NCBI RefSeq assembly: GCF_003704095.1
Contig: NW_020843495.1
Location: 124,001-188,000 of the forward strand
Length of the DNA stretch: 64,000 bases
From: Pocillopora damicornis
Taxonomy: Eukaryota
Direction: 5' to 3'
Positions 1 to 17,169 of this stretch are shown in pieces. The first letter of the stretch is position 1; each line of letters opens with the position of its first letter. The translations under genes were made by a program, and so were the position numbers. The notes below the pieces were generated by a model. It worked only from the letters and a program-made list of their open reading frames with translations. It searched no databases and was not told the DNA's origin.

Positions 1-378
1 GCAGTCAATATCTAGAGAATAACAGAACATAATATGCCCATTTGTGGTTAGAATTAGTCTTCTCACATTGATAAGATCTCTCACTCACTTTGCTCGCTTG
101 TGAAAGATAGTATTACCACTCAAAGATAAAATTTGTATTTATCCACTGCCACATAATATCCCCTATACATATTACAAGAGCTAATGAGAAAAACAAAAAA
201 GTGCCCAACATTTTAGGTAATATGTGGTACAAACAAACACCTGCATAATGCTATTAGCAAGCATCTCCAGCAAAACTGAGGAAGAGTTAATGCTCATGGT
301 AAAAAGGTATGAAAATTGTCACAAACACAAGAAAAAATGCCAGTGTGATGGTCACTGAAGGCAACTGCAGCATTTTAC

Positions 379-1897
379 CTTGAGACCACTTGAGAACTCC
401 ACCATCTCTTCTGCCTGAATATTTTTAAGGCCATAAACACGAGCAATACCATCACCAATGGACAGAACGCGTCCAGTTTCTTCCAGTTCAGCCTTCTGTG
501 CAGACCCTAAAATTCTTTGTTCCAAGATTGAAGACACCTCTGCAGTCCCTGAAACACAGAAATAATGCTGTATCGTACATATCAGCTTTAAGCAGTAAGC
601 ACAAGTAACTTGGTGTGGGATTCTAAGGAGAAAATATCCCTGCCCCATGGAGTAAATTTCAGTGGTGACTTGCCCACCTCTCTGTAATCTCAAAAAGCAT
701 TTTCCAAAATTACATATACACTAGTCAACAATGACAAATCATTACTAGCTAACTTACCACTACTTGCAAAGTGTGGACTAGATGATGTTATATTTCGTAC
801 AGCAACTGATACTGCACCAAGGGATCCATGATAAATCTGAAAACCAGAAACTCAAATTGGAACAAAGCCTGTAACACTTTTGCAGATGTTATTTCATTCA
901 GTCTACAACAACATTTTTACACTACACCCAAAGCCATATTTTGATTGGAAACAAGTATGCAGATAATTCTAACTGATACTGTTTTCAACAGTTCTGACAG
1001 AGTGTATGGGTGCAGAGCTGCAACTGCAAATTTTGTAAATCTCTCTCCTCTGGCTCAATTTACAAACTGAGCTAGTTGCATTCTCCCAACACTTACATTA
1101 GTGAACAGAGAAAAAAGAAAGGATATCAACCAACTGTACAATGAAATTCCAATTGTACAACAAACATTTGTAACTGAAAATGACCTAAAATTATTGAAAC
1201 ATGTTTTGTACACTAAAAATTGTTTTTTCCACGGTAGTTGGAAAAATTTAAGAAGTTGGATTTAATTCCTTCTACCATTCTCGTAACCTTCCAATAAACA
1301 CAGGGTTACGATGAAGGCCATATCAAAAGCCCCCTTAATAAATTGAGGAAGACTTAGCATATGCGAGATTTAAGTCTTGACGTTTACTAACGGAATGTGC
1401 CGTAACATTATGCAAAGTAGATAAAATGTGGTTTATAAAAGACATGAAACTCAATTGCATTTCTGGTTACAAGTTGGGTGGCTAACCAATAGTAAATGCG
1501 GCTCACGGCGTTATCCGGTACACCCCTCTGGACTGCAAAACCATTGATATTGAGTTACGGAAATGTTCCATCACTATATTCCATGGACAACAGAAATTTC
1601 AGATAGCAATGAGTTATTCTTTTAATCCACTTCTTCGAATAAGATATCAAAGAAAGTTTTCCCTAGACCTTGTCGCCTATTACTGGGAAATTTCCGAACT
1701 TTTGATCGCTGCATCCCTTGAACCATTACGAGCCGATTCACGGTGCAACCAGGCCGCGCTCTTCCTTCACGACTTTAATTTGTCAAATACGACTGGGACA
1801 TGGACCTAAAAGGGCTTTAACAAACTGATTACTTTACCTGAGGTGTTCTTCTCGCCAAACTTCTCGTTAAAATGGACGTGAGTCGTGATGAAAGCAT
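379..1897 (-). CDS. ATP5F1A: ATP synthase F1 subunit alpha, mitochondrial (5' part; continues beyond window start)
   Basis: Exons 1897-1838, 836-758 and 548-379 have GT-AG boundaries and join in frame. They encode a presequence [20 protein letters not shown], then [15 protein letters not shown]...[35 protein letters not shown], the conserved F1-alpha N-terminus. Confidence 0.97.
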
Positions 1898-2069
1898 GAT
1901 TGCAAAGACTATTTTCCGGCAAATGTCCACGCTGCTACCTCTGCCAGAGAGAAGTATATCAGACCACGTGACCTTCTAGTGGGGCGAACAAAGGGCAACC
2001 TGGGTAAATTTTAGTTGATGACCGCTATCACCGGAGCCCGTAGCAGGAGCTAAGGTACATGTGGTAAGT
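1898..2069. promoter_or_regulatory. Putative bidirectional promoter ATP5F1A/HIS7, including the probable non-coding first exon of HIS7
   Basis: CpG-richer stretch with an E-box CACGTGAC at ~1965-1972. A plus-strand donor GTAAGT at 2064 could pair with the strong acceptor (T)nCAG at 4238-4239, 34 nt before the HIS7 ATG. Confidence 0.55.
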
Positions 2070-4273
2070 GCATATCGTCCTTTCACAAAACTTCGGAAGT
2101 ATTCTAATTTAAACAACAGAGTGTTGAAAATTAGGGATCGATAAAAAAATGAGTATTCGTAAAATTTCCGTACAGCACCATCCTACATTATGCATTCAGT
2201 TCTTGGATAGAGAAAACAATGACAAAAACAATACATTGCCATTGGGAAAACAGATTTGTTTTACAACAGTATGGGGCTGTGCGGAAATTTTACCTAAGTA
2301 TTTTTCTGGTCCGTTTCAGTGATGTACTCTGCATTAAGATCAAAATGAACTCGTTCTTTGCGCGCGCTCTTAAAGAGGGTATGTTAGCCAGGCTGAAGAG
2401 ATATTTAAGTTGAAGACTTTATTACAATAGGAGTATATGACTATTTCATCCTATTACAGGATGAAGGTAAGATTCTCACACAGCCCTGTAGTATTGTAAA
2501 ACAAAACTGTATTCCTAAAGGCAATCTATTGTTTTCGCCATTGTTATCTTTATCCAAGAACTGTATGCATAATGAAGGATGGGGCTATGGGGGAATCTTA
2601 CCCAGCTGTAAACGAGGCCTTCCAAGGGGGGGTTTTGATGTTCCCTTGTTGCTCGTATATCAACACTCCTGTCTCTTATTTGATAAGGGACAAATGTTGC
2701 TGTCACTTCGAGTTCTTTACTAGAATAAAAATGGCATTGTCACACTAAATTTGGCAATACAATCATTTTTGACTTGTGCCAGCACTGGGGCATGTTGTCT
2801 TTTTAACAAAGGATCAACCACACATAAATTTTTATTGGCTTTAGGAGTAGTAAGAATTACAGAGACCACTTCAAGGCTTCATATTTGTGTTTCATTATCG
2901 GTCGTTGGCCGATAGCTTCCCCACTCGAGTACTTATCTTTTACACTTATATAGTAATGAAGAACACAATTCTCTCTAGATAAATGTTGTATCATGGTTTG
3001 AATAAGGAGTCTTGACTTTTTAGTGGTTTATTAGTTTAGTGAGGCTGGAAAGATCACAAAAGAGTCATGCGGTCCTGGTCACAATGTCTCTGCCATGAAT
3101 ATCAAAGCAAAGAAATGTCACTTCATCAAAATTAAAAATGGATAGTCGCTGTTGCAAAATATTGCTTCTTTTCTATCAGTTTTTGTGGACTGTTGGTGCT
3201 CCTGAACAAGATTTTCACCATATTTTTTAGCAAATTATGTTGCTTGTTGCCAAGATCCCTTGAAGGCCTTGTAAATCAAAACATCAAATATACATTGGGC
3301 TTTGTGAGCTGTTTTAATCATGTTAAATGTTTCTGTCAATCTGAAAAATAGGATGTGTAATTGTATTCATAATCTAGCAGACAAAATTTTCAATCAGATT
3401 GAAAATCCTTTAGGCATGCTTTAGTGTGGAGTTGCCACACTCAGTATACATACCTGGTGGGTACCCTGTGTTCCTCTTATCTGTCTTGAGTGAGGAGCTG
3501 GTAGGCCAAACTTCCATTGTATTGATGAAATTCTGAGTCTGTTCTTGTGCAAAAAAGATTATTTTTCTTGATGTGACTTGTCTCTTAGTTAACATTGGCA
3601 CAGATTCGAACTGTCAGTCTTAAGGAAGTGTCCAACTTAAACAATTACAGGTGGTGTCACCAGTAATTCAGAGATTAATGGGAATGAACATGTGTAAAAC
3701 TGATACACATCTGTATTAAGGTTTTTTGAAACTGTTTCCTCAAGGAGAGCTTACAAGTTGGAAGGGGAATATTAGAAAGAAAACAATGGAACAGAAATAA
3801 ATTGTCAATCAAACATTTATGCCATCTGAAAAAGGTATATTCAATTCAAGAAAAAATCTCACTGCTTAATAGTCCAGAACGTAAATATGCCAGGGTTGTT
3901 AGAAGGATGGATATTTCTATCTACCAGATAATCTCTGTTGAGTGGGTGAGTGTAAGTGGACTATACCATGTTAGTATGTACTTAAACAGTGGGTAGCTTT
4001 TAGGGAATGCTCTAATTGGGTACTCAAACTCTGATATCTTTTGCAATTTACCTCTGTGCAATGTGCTAAGGGTTTGCACCCAAAAATCTTGTAATTGTTG
4101 GGGAAATAAGTTATTCAAAATCATCTTTTTGCACTATTTCATCTCACTGTTTCTGTACAGTCTTGTAAACATGTAATTCTTTAATTGCAATAATTGCAAT
4201 TATTATTTATCATGTTTCAAAACCAATTTTTTTTTTCAGGACACACCTGTGACAAAAACCCAAGACCTCAGAG

Positions 4274-6919
4274 ATGTCTGAAGTGACAGTCCTTGATTAT
4301 GGAGCAGGAAATATCCGAAGTCTCATTAATGCTCTTAAACTTCTTGGTTACAATGTGAAATTTGTGAAAGATGCCAAGGATATCCTAAGTGCAGAAAGGC
4401 TTATCTTTCCAGGTGTTGGAGCCTTTGGAAGTGCAATGGCTCTTCTTGAAAGCAGTGGTTTTGTGGAACCACTTAAGAAGTACATCCAACAAGACAGGCC
4501 ATACTTAGGAATTTGTCTTGGACTTCAGACATTGTGTGATGGCAGTGAAGAGTCTCCAGGTACCAAAGGCTTGTCTGTGATACCTGCAACTGTGACACAA
4601 TTCAACAAGGCTGAAGGTCTTGCTGTACCACATATGGGTTGGAATGGACTTAAGCTTCGTAAGGAATCAGCTCTGTTCCCAACTGGTTTCTCCAGTGAAG
4701 AAAAAGTCTACTTTGTCCACTCATATGCATTACATTCACAAAGCAAAGAGATCGATGAGTGGGTTCTTGCCACTACTGATTATGGAGAGGAGTTTATCAG
4801 CATTGTGCAAAAGGGAAATATTGTTGCTACACAGTTCCACCCAGAGAAAAGTGGAGAAATGGGAATTAAAATAATCAAGAGCTTCTTGGAAAGTTTTCCA
4901 ATGAGTGCAAAGATTGCAAGTATTCCCTACAAACTGCCTGATGCCAGTAAGCCAACACAACTTGGTCATCGCATCATTGCTTGTCTTGATGTCCGCAATA
5001 ATGATCAAGGAGACCTTGTGGTCACCAAAGGTGAACAATATGATGTGCGCGAACAATCCATTACAGAGAATATTCATTCTGTCACACAAATTAAGGGTGC
5101 TGTGAGAAACCTTGGAAAACCTGTAGAGTTGGCACGCAGGTATTTCAAGGAAGGAGCAGACGAAATAGTATTTTTGAATATTACAAGCTTCAAAAACTGC
5201 CCTCTCCATGATCTTCCAATGCTAGAGGTACTTCGGCAAGCATCTGAAAATATTTTTGTCCCCCTTACTGTCGGGGGTGGTATTCGTGAGATACTTGCCC
5301 CAGGCAAAGATGGTGACCAATCAAAGATGAAGTGTTACTCAGCTGTGGAAGTGGCAGCTGAATACTTCAGATCTGGTAATGTATTCAACTTTTTGGTAAA
5401 TAAAGTGACCTTTGTATGATACTGGAGACTAGTTTTGAATATTTGCCTATAATTATTGATTTTATGAAAGTGTTATGTGGTACAAGCATATATCACCAGT
5501 TGAAAACTACAGTTAAACTTCTTTGTAACAGCCAACCTAAGACAGAACTCTGTGCTGGGGTCATTTTAATGCTAAATAACTTTGATTATTATTTGTTTTG
5601 ATGCAAACAAGAAAATTATGGTTCAATATCTGATCCTACTATGATATGTATTGCTGATGGTCCATTGTAGAGGGGTGTAGAAATGGCCCTTGCAGAGAGT
5701 TTCAGTAAGAATAAAATTTTCAATAACACAGTTAAGGAATAGAGAAAAGTAAAGTGTCTGTGCCCTGACCTTAGCTCTAATCCCTGGTTACATATCTAAT
5801 GAAGACTTCATGTAGACAAGCTTACTAGTCTCTTCCACCTTCAATGCTTGTTTAATAACTGGATCTAAACAGTGGATAACAGGGGACCACTGTACTATTT
5901 TGACAGGAGCAGACAAGGTGTCCATTGGCAGTGATGCAGTGTATGCAGCTGAGAACTTCATATCATGTGGTGGAATTGCAACTGGCCAAACCTCTATTGA
6001 AACAATAGCTGCTGCATATGGGCGTCAGGCAGTAGTTATCTCAGTTGACCCAAAGCGAGTTTGTGTTCCATCCCGTGAGGCTGTACAGCATCATGTGATT
6101 CACTCAAGTTACCCTGGTCCATCTGGTGAGGAATACTGTTGGTACCAGTGCACAGTGAAAGGAGGGAGAGAGTTGCGAGATATTGGAGTGTATGAAATGG
6201 TGCAGGCATGTGAAGCTCTTGGTGCAGGAGAAATTATGCTTAACAGTATTGACAGGGATGGGTGAGTAACAATGTAAATCATATTATGTAAATCAAAGTT
6301 CACACAATTACTGCAAAATGCAAGTCCAACCTTCAGTTAGTGTATTCCACTGCTTGGATGTAAGGTGTGTATTTAAGGATTTAGTGAAAAGGAGATCACT
6401 GATAGGAATCAGGCTCCATACACAAGGACATTTCAGCCAATCTGTGAACAGAATGGACTGAAAGGAGGGTGGCTTTCAAGTAGTAACTCATCTCCATGCT
6501 CTATTTATGTGGTGTGAAACCACAGTGACATATTTTTTGATTGGATGAAGTTGATCAGATGGAAATCCTAAAAGAAAGTGATAAATTGGCTGAATACTGA
6601 ACTGGAAATGTGATTTTAGTCTTCACTGATTGTAGTACTAGCAAGAAGTTGGTGTTGTGGACTAATCATTTTCTTTGAATTTATTTTGGTTAGAACTAAT
6701 AGTGGTTACGATCTTGAACTGGTTGCCATGGTCAAAGAAGCTGTTGGTATTCCAGTGATTGCTTCTAGTGGTGCTGGTCATGTCAATCACTTCTCTGACG
6801 TGTTCCAAGATGCACATGCTGATGCAGCACTAGCAGCAGGAATATTTCATCGAAACACAGTTTCAATCAATGTTGTTAAAGAGCATTTGTTGAGTGAAGG
6901 AATCCCTGTTAGAGTTTAA
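4274..6919 (+). CDS. HIS7: Imidazole glycerol phosphate synthase, fused glutaminase (HisH) + cyclase (HisF), ~560 aa
   Basis: Exons 4274-5375, 5907-6261 and 6694-6919 (GT-AG, phases 1 and 2) total 1683 nt with no stops. Glutaminase motifs: DYGAGN, PGVG oxyanion strand, GICLG (catalytic Cys), FVHSY, QFHPEKS (His-Glu). Cyclase motifs: [62 protein letters not shown]. An in-frame TGA at 4250-4252 fixes the start codon. Confidence 0.98.
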
Positions 6920-7123
6920 ACAGATGGCTAAAAAGTTACCTTCAATTTACATCTAGACACTGTCTATGATTTCGTATCATAATATAATTTATAATAACTA
7001 GTCTCAACAGAGGGTAGAAATAAGAACTCACTGAAGAAACCTGTCAGTCAACTATTAGCCAACTGTTGGCTAAAATTTCAAGGATAATTATAGTCAGGGT
7101 GAAGGGTTGAAAGTTGTTCATTG

Positions 7124-7286
7124 TTAACCCTTTAACTCCCAGATATGATAAACATGTAACTTCCCCCTTTAGTATCCATACATTCAACAAACAGGTAATG
7201 AAAATACTCACACTTATCAGGTAGAAGTTACTATCTTGGTCTATCACCACTCACAACAAATCAGATCTTGGAAGTTAAATGGTTAA
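7124..7286. mobile_element. TTAA-flanked MITE (piggyBac-like, non-autonomous)
   Basis: Ends ttaaccctttaactccc ... ggaagttaaatggttaa form terminal inverted repeats. The interior resembles the copies at 21666 and 27228. Confidence 0.75.
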
Positions 7287-8138
7287 AAAAATTTAGTTGT
7301 TGCTGAGAAAAACAGCCATCTCACATTGAACTCTGTATTTATTCTTTCAAAAGGCAACCTGTAAAAAAAGGCATCTAAATTCATACAAAAACAAAGAAGT
7401 TGGATGATAAATAACTCTCTCACATTTTAGTGTGTAGAGTTGCTGAGTATTTTTACTCATTGTTTGTATTTTACAGCACAACTTGCCAAGATACTCAGTG
7501 ACACTACACACCAAAATGTCTAATAGGATATTTATCCCTTTCCTCTGGTGGTCAGCTTTTGAAATATTTCATGGAGTTTTTTAGTGAACCTTTCATGTAA
7601 TGAAGATATATGATAAGGAACCAATCAGTCTTAAGTGATGCACAGTTGTTTGTCATTATCATTTTATTACTTAATGCATCATACATGTATTTATTAAAGG
7701 AAAATTGATAAGCAATGTAATATAAAGTAAAAAGACACTGGCTGTATGCATTACATTTGCTTTACTATCTCTAAAATTTCTGTCATAGATTATGCTCTAA
7801 ACAAACCTGTTCCTAGCATTCAGTTGTTAAAACAAAGTGCAATAGCTAATGCCAAAATAGTAGCAGAGCAGTGAAAAAAGGAGTGATGTTTGGGTCAGGT
7901 CTCATTCCTTACCCACACCTTTACTTTTTCACTCTACTGCAAACATCACCCCAGTTTGCTAATTAAACACCTGGGACAGGCCATGTTCTCTCACACACAC
8001 ACACAAAAACCAAAGGTTGTAGCACTAAACAATCACTATGAAACAGATAAATGTTATTGATTAAATGAAGTAAAACCCTTAATGACTTTGAACATCAAGT
8101 TGTCTGATGGCATGGTTGTGTCATGATTCAAATGTTTT

Positions 8139-8402
8139 CTTGGTGTAATAAGAGTTTTGGAAACAAAAGTTGCAAAATTTGCCTTGTGATACCCATTGCC
8201 CTTCATTTCCCTGCAATGTGATTGGTTATTTTCAGTAAACCTTGAAATCTGATTGGTTGTTTTGTTTTTAGTGAAGCCTCCTCATTGGCTGGGAAAAGGA
8301 TGCAATTTAAAGCAAAAAATGGTGGGATTCAAGAATAAATCACACCAATTAGAGCCAATCAGATTACAGGGACCACCAGTGATTTCAAAATGGGTGTAAT
8401 AA
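8139..8402. repeat. Dispersed repeat fragment, same family as 27351-27893
   Basis: Shares long tracts with the 27.4-27.9 kb copy: gttttgtttttagtg, aaagcaaaaaatggtg and caccagtgatttcaaaatgggtgtaataaa. Confidence 0.7.
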
Positions 8403-9161
8403 ATACGGTAATCATATTTTTAACAACAATATTGATTATCAATTTTTAGTTATGATATCAGAGATTCTAGCAAGAAAGTCGCCAAGAGAGTAACAAATTG
8501 AATCTCGCAAATGAAAATAAAGAAACAACTGTTCTGGTGTCAGTAGTTATTTGACAAGTATCCATTAAAACAAAATTTATTTGAGTGGCAATGATCATGC
8601 ATTGGATTAGAATTATTATGTCACCTACTAGATTGAAATTCCAGTAACATTTTATATCACTTTTGTCACTAAATTTACGTGAAACACTACACTGCCTTTA
8701 CTAATAAGTAGTTAAAAATTGTCTGAGACCTTCCCTAGGTGTCAAAGGTAAATATTCTCTTTACAGCCCGAGGAAACGTCATAACATGTATGTGTGCTTA
8801 TATCACTTCTCAGTGTTTAGTTGCACATTCCTCAGGGAGAATAAGCCAAGGTGACATCCATGTCTTAAACATTTTTCTCTCAGAGACTAACTGCTTGAAA
8901 TTCAGAGAAACTTAGGGAAGAAATGCTCCTAGTGCAATCAACATCTTGATTCTTGGCTTATCACGTAAATCCACTCATCACAATTCCCAAAATGAGAGCA
9001 TTCTCTGCCCCTCAGAATGTATGCCCTTCCAGGAAATCTTCACTATGGGCTTTCCTTTCAATTGACCATTTGTGCGTGTGCCAACTTTTCAAGTTCTCAA
9101 AAAATTTATTACTAATTTTTGCATCCATAAAATAGATAACAAACAAATACCAAAACAGTTA

Positions 9162-14339
<5,178 letters not shown>

Positions 14340-14837
14340 TTATCGTGTAAGCGTCACTGAGGTGTTTGAGGATCACACATGACGAAGAAAAAGACTGGGA
14401 ATGAGGACTGTGAATTTTTCATTACACCATTTACAAATAGGTGTGTTGCAGTCAAACGGGGCAAATAATTTATTTCTGTTCATCACAGATCAATTCTATT
14501 GGAAATCAACATGTTTAAGTTGGTCTTGGGTTTTTTTTTCTTTTTTTTTTTTTTAGCGAAAAGCTAGCTGAGTAACCCTGTAAATTTTTATTACCATTCA
14601 CGAGGCCAATCTCTGGATGGGTGTCGATCGTGTCATGACCAGAAAACTTATCGAAACTTAACAAGACTCTAGGCTTTGCGCGGTGAAACCAAATAAATAG
14701 ACAGATAAATAACTAATGGGGAACAAATTTATAAATCTGCCGGTAATCAACTCCACAAGTTCCACGGGGACTGAGCGCTTTCAGCTTTATCGAAGTGAGA
14801 AAATTTTAAGATTTTCTTTCCAAAAGAGTATTCTAAG

Positions 14838-15010
14838 TACAGTGGAACCTCTCTTTTGTGACACCTCTACTCAGGGAACACCACCATTCCATGGAAACAA
14901 CGTTGTTCCCGGAAAATGTTCATATAACCTTTGTATCTGTAACTCCATCAAAGGGCCATCTCTATTCAGGGGAAATGGACCTTTTTTTGAGGATCCAAAG
15001 GTTGGTTTTA
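14838..15010. mobile_element. Tc1/mariner-type MITE end
   Basis: Begins TA-CAGTGGAACCTCT, a typical Tc1/pogo terminus, followed by acacctct.../ccatctctattcagggga subrepeats. The matching end was not found. Confidence 0.4.
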
Positions 15011-15506
15011 ACCACTCACACGAATCTACATGCAAAACCTCGAAGAACCAGTCTGACATTACCACAGGTTTTCTGTCCACTGGCTACTTTGAAAAGATAG
15101 AGGGAATTTTGGCAAATAGAAGCCCAGTCCATGTTCGAAACAAGCTATTGCAGGTCGCGAAATTTACCTGGTGCATTATAACTTGTGCCTACCCGTGTCA
15201 CTCAAATCGGTCAATTCTACTTTCGGGAATTCAGCACACAACATTGCAATCTTTAAATCACAGTCTTTTGTACATCGTATGGTGCTTGAATTAACGATTC
15301 CACCGGATTCCAAGCCAGAAAAAAGTTACAATAATAATAATACTTTATTCACAACTCAGTCGGAATATTTACAGATCGATATAGAGCCAAAACAAATCGT
15401 GCTTTTTGTGCCAAAATGTATATTAACTCCGAAGAACTTACATTATCAACATAAAAAGCAACGATTTAGAATTCAATCTCTCAAATACTTGTGAACGATA
15501 ACTAGT

Positions 15507-15954
15507 CTAAAAGTAAATACTTACAAAGAGAAGAAAAAAGGAACATATAAAAGAATGTACGTCTGATTCAATGGACATGGCCCTTTCTGTTGTTTGGATA
15601 TCAATGTTCTTAATGTCGCACGGGACTCTCTTAATAGTCTTTGAGCCTCTCAGACACAATAGAGCGGATCTTAATAATGAGAAGGACGTTTTCGCTCTGA
15701 TACATGAGATGGTCTTCGCATAACTCTCTACTTTCTTAGTTGAAATCAGCTCAGCCAGTCTGCTATGGCATATACCGCATTCTTTTCCCGTACCTCCGGT
15801 TGTGGTGAAGACCACTGGTGTAAATGTACCATGTTTAACTTCAATAACTCTGTCCCCATTTAGACGCTTCTTCTCCTTTTCGTGCATTCTTAAGATCTAC
15901 TGAGGTTCAAGACCTTGATACGAGTCTGCATTTGAGTGACATACCCTAACATCA
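15507..15954 (-). mobile_element. Degenerate 3' end of a non-LTR retrotransposon with a restriction-like endonuclease (CRE/R2-like group)
   Basis: Translation [29 protein letters not shown]...[17 protein letters not shown]...RLAELIS...[15 protein letters not shown] matches the C-terminus of RLE-type LINE ORFs as I recall them. In-frame stop at 15897-15899; the 5' part is lost in the N gap. Confidence 0.75.
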
Positions 15955-16245
15955 NNNNNNNNNNNNNNNNNNNNNNNNNNNNNNNNNNNNNNNNNNNNNN
16001 NNNNNNNNNNNNNNNNNNNNNNNNNNNNNNNNNNNNNNNNNNNNNNNNNNNNNNNNNNNNNNNNNNNNNNNNNNNNNNNNNNNNNNNNNNNNNNNNNNNN
16101 NNNNNNNNNNNNNNNNNNNNNNNNNNNNNNNNNNNNNNNNNNNNNNNNNNNNNNNNNNNNNNNNNNNNNNNNNNNNNNNNNNNNNNNNNNNNNNNNNNNN
16201 NNNNNNNNNNNNNNNNNNNNNNNNNNNNNNNNNNNNNNNNNNNNN
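15955..16245. other. Assembly gap (N run)
   Basis: Run of N bases. Confidence 1.
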
Positions 16246-17169
16246 CGTTAATTGGAAAACACATATATATTATTTATAAATAGGATGTGGTGTAATCACT
16301 TACAATTTTGTAATCCAAGAGAATATTAATGTAAAATCTCTTGTCTAACTATAGACTGTTACACATATCTATGAAGGTAAAACCGGTATCAAGCTGTCTC
16401 ACATTCGCTCTGTAAGTTTTCAGTTCATGTGTGTGTTGCATCCTACAAGTGACCACTTCATGATTTTACAAATTTTCGCAAATGTAAGCATTTTAAGAAG
16501 CACAACAGATTTTCTGAAAATATGATGTCTTCTCACAATCTAGAAAGGGGATACTTTGGACATTCAATGGAAAGGATCAGTTTAGGGTACTTTTAAACTA
16601 CTTCCCGAGCCCCACCCTCAATGTCTCTTGCCAAGATGCACGAATTAGCCGAAACAAACTTGTTTGTTACCATATTTATTGAATTAAGTGTACAAACGTT
16701 TATTAAGTTCGTCTCGACTTCACCGGTAGGATTTCAATACGATCCGAGGTGACAAAATTATCACCCAAATTTCAACCCAAAAATTTTTCCAGAAAACAAA
16801 ATTCGCTAAATTTGCCTCTTATGATCATAAGAAAACCGATCTTATAATTTGAATTTGTTCAAAGTTACCTTTAAAATTACTGAAAAATATATAATCAACA
16901 TTTTTTGAGTGAACTGGGCTGGAAGATCTCCTTTAATTAATTGTAAAGAGTGTATTTGCCAAAGTGTCAGTTTAGATCGAGAAACCATCTCAGTTATGGC
17001 GAGTAAATTCATGAATTAAAGATTCTTCATTTATGCATAAGCCTTTTTTCCCAGTTGTGAGAACGATTTCGACCACATCAACTTGTCTTTGTTCATTATC
17101 CTCTCCGTCTTAATGACCACAGCAGAACCAAGTAATTTAGTTCAGCCACTGTATCTCCATTGTGTCCCG

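Noticed and set aside
1-30. Possible fourth ATP5F1A exon after ttctctag on the minus strand
   Set aside because: The following bases do not encode the expected GMALNLE-type sequence, so the exon lies outside the window.
4620-5307. Overlapping and antisense ORFs within HIS7 exon 1
   Set aside because: Shadow frames of a real coding exon with no independent motifs.
4274-6919. HIS7 as fungal, algal or bacterial contamination
   Set aside because: It is contiguous with animal genes without a gap, has host-like GT-AG introns, AT content and CpG depletion, has a host MITE next to it, and lacks a plastid transit peptide.
14716-15494. ORFs of 192 and 107 aa on the plus strand
   Set aside because: No recognisable domain, they overlap a MITE-like end, and they have no splice support; probably chance ORFs.
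15890-16283. ORFs containing X runs
   Set aside because: Artefacts of translating through the N gap.
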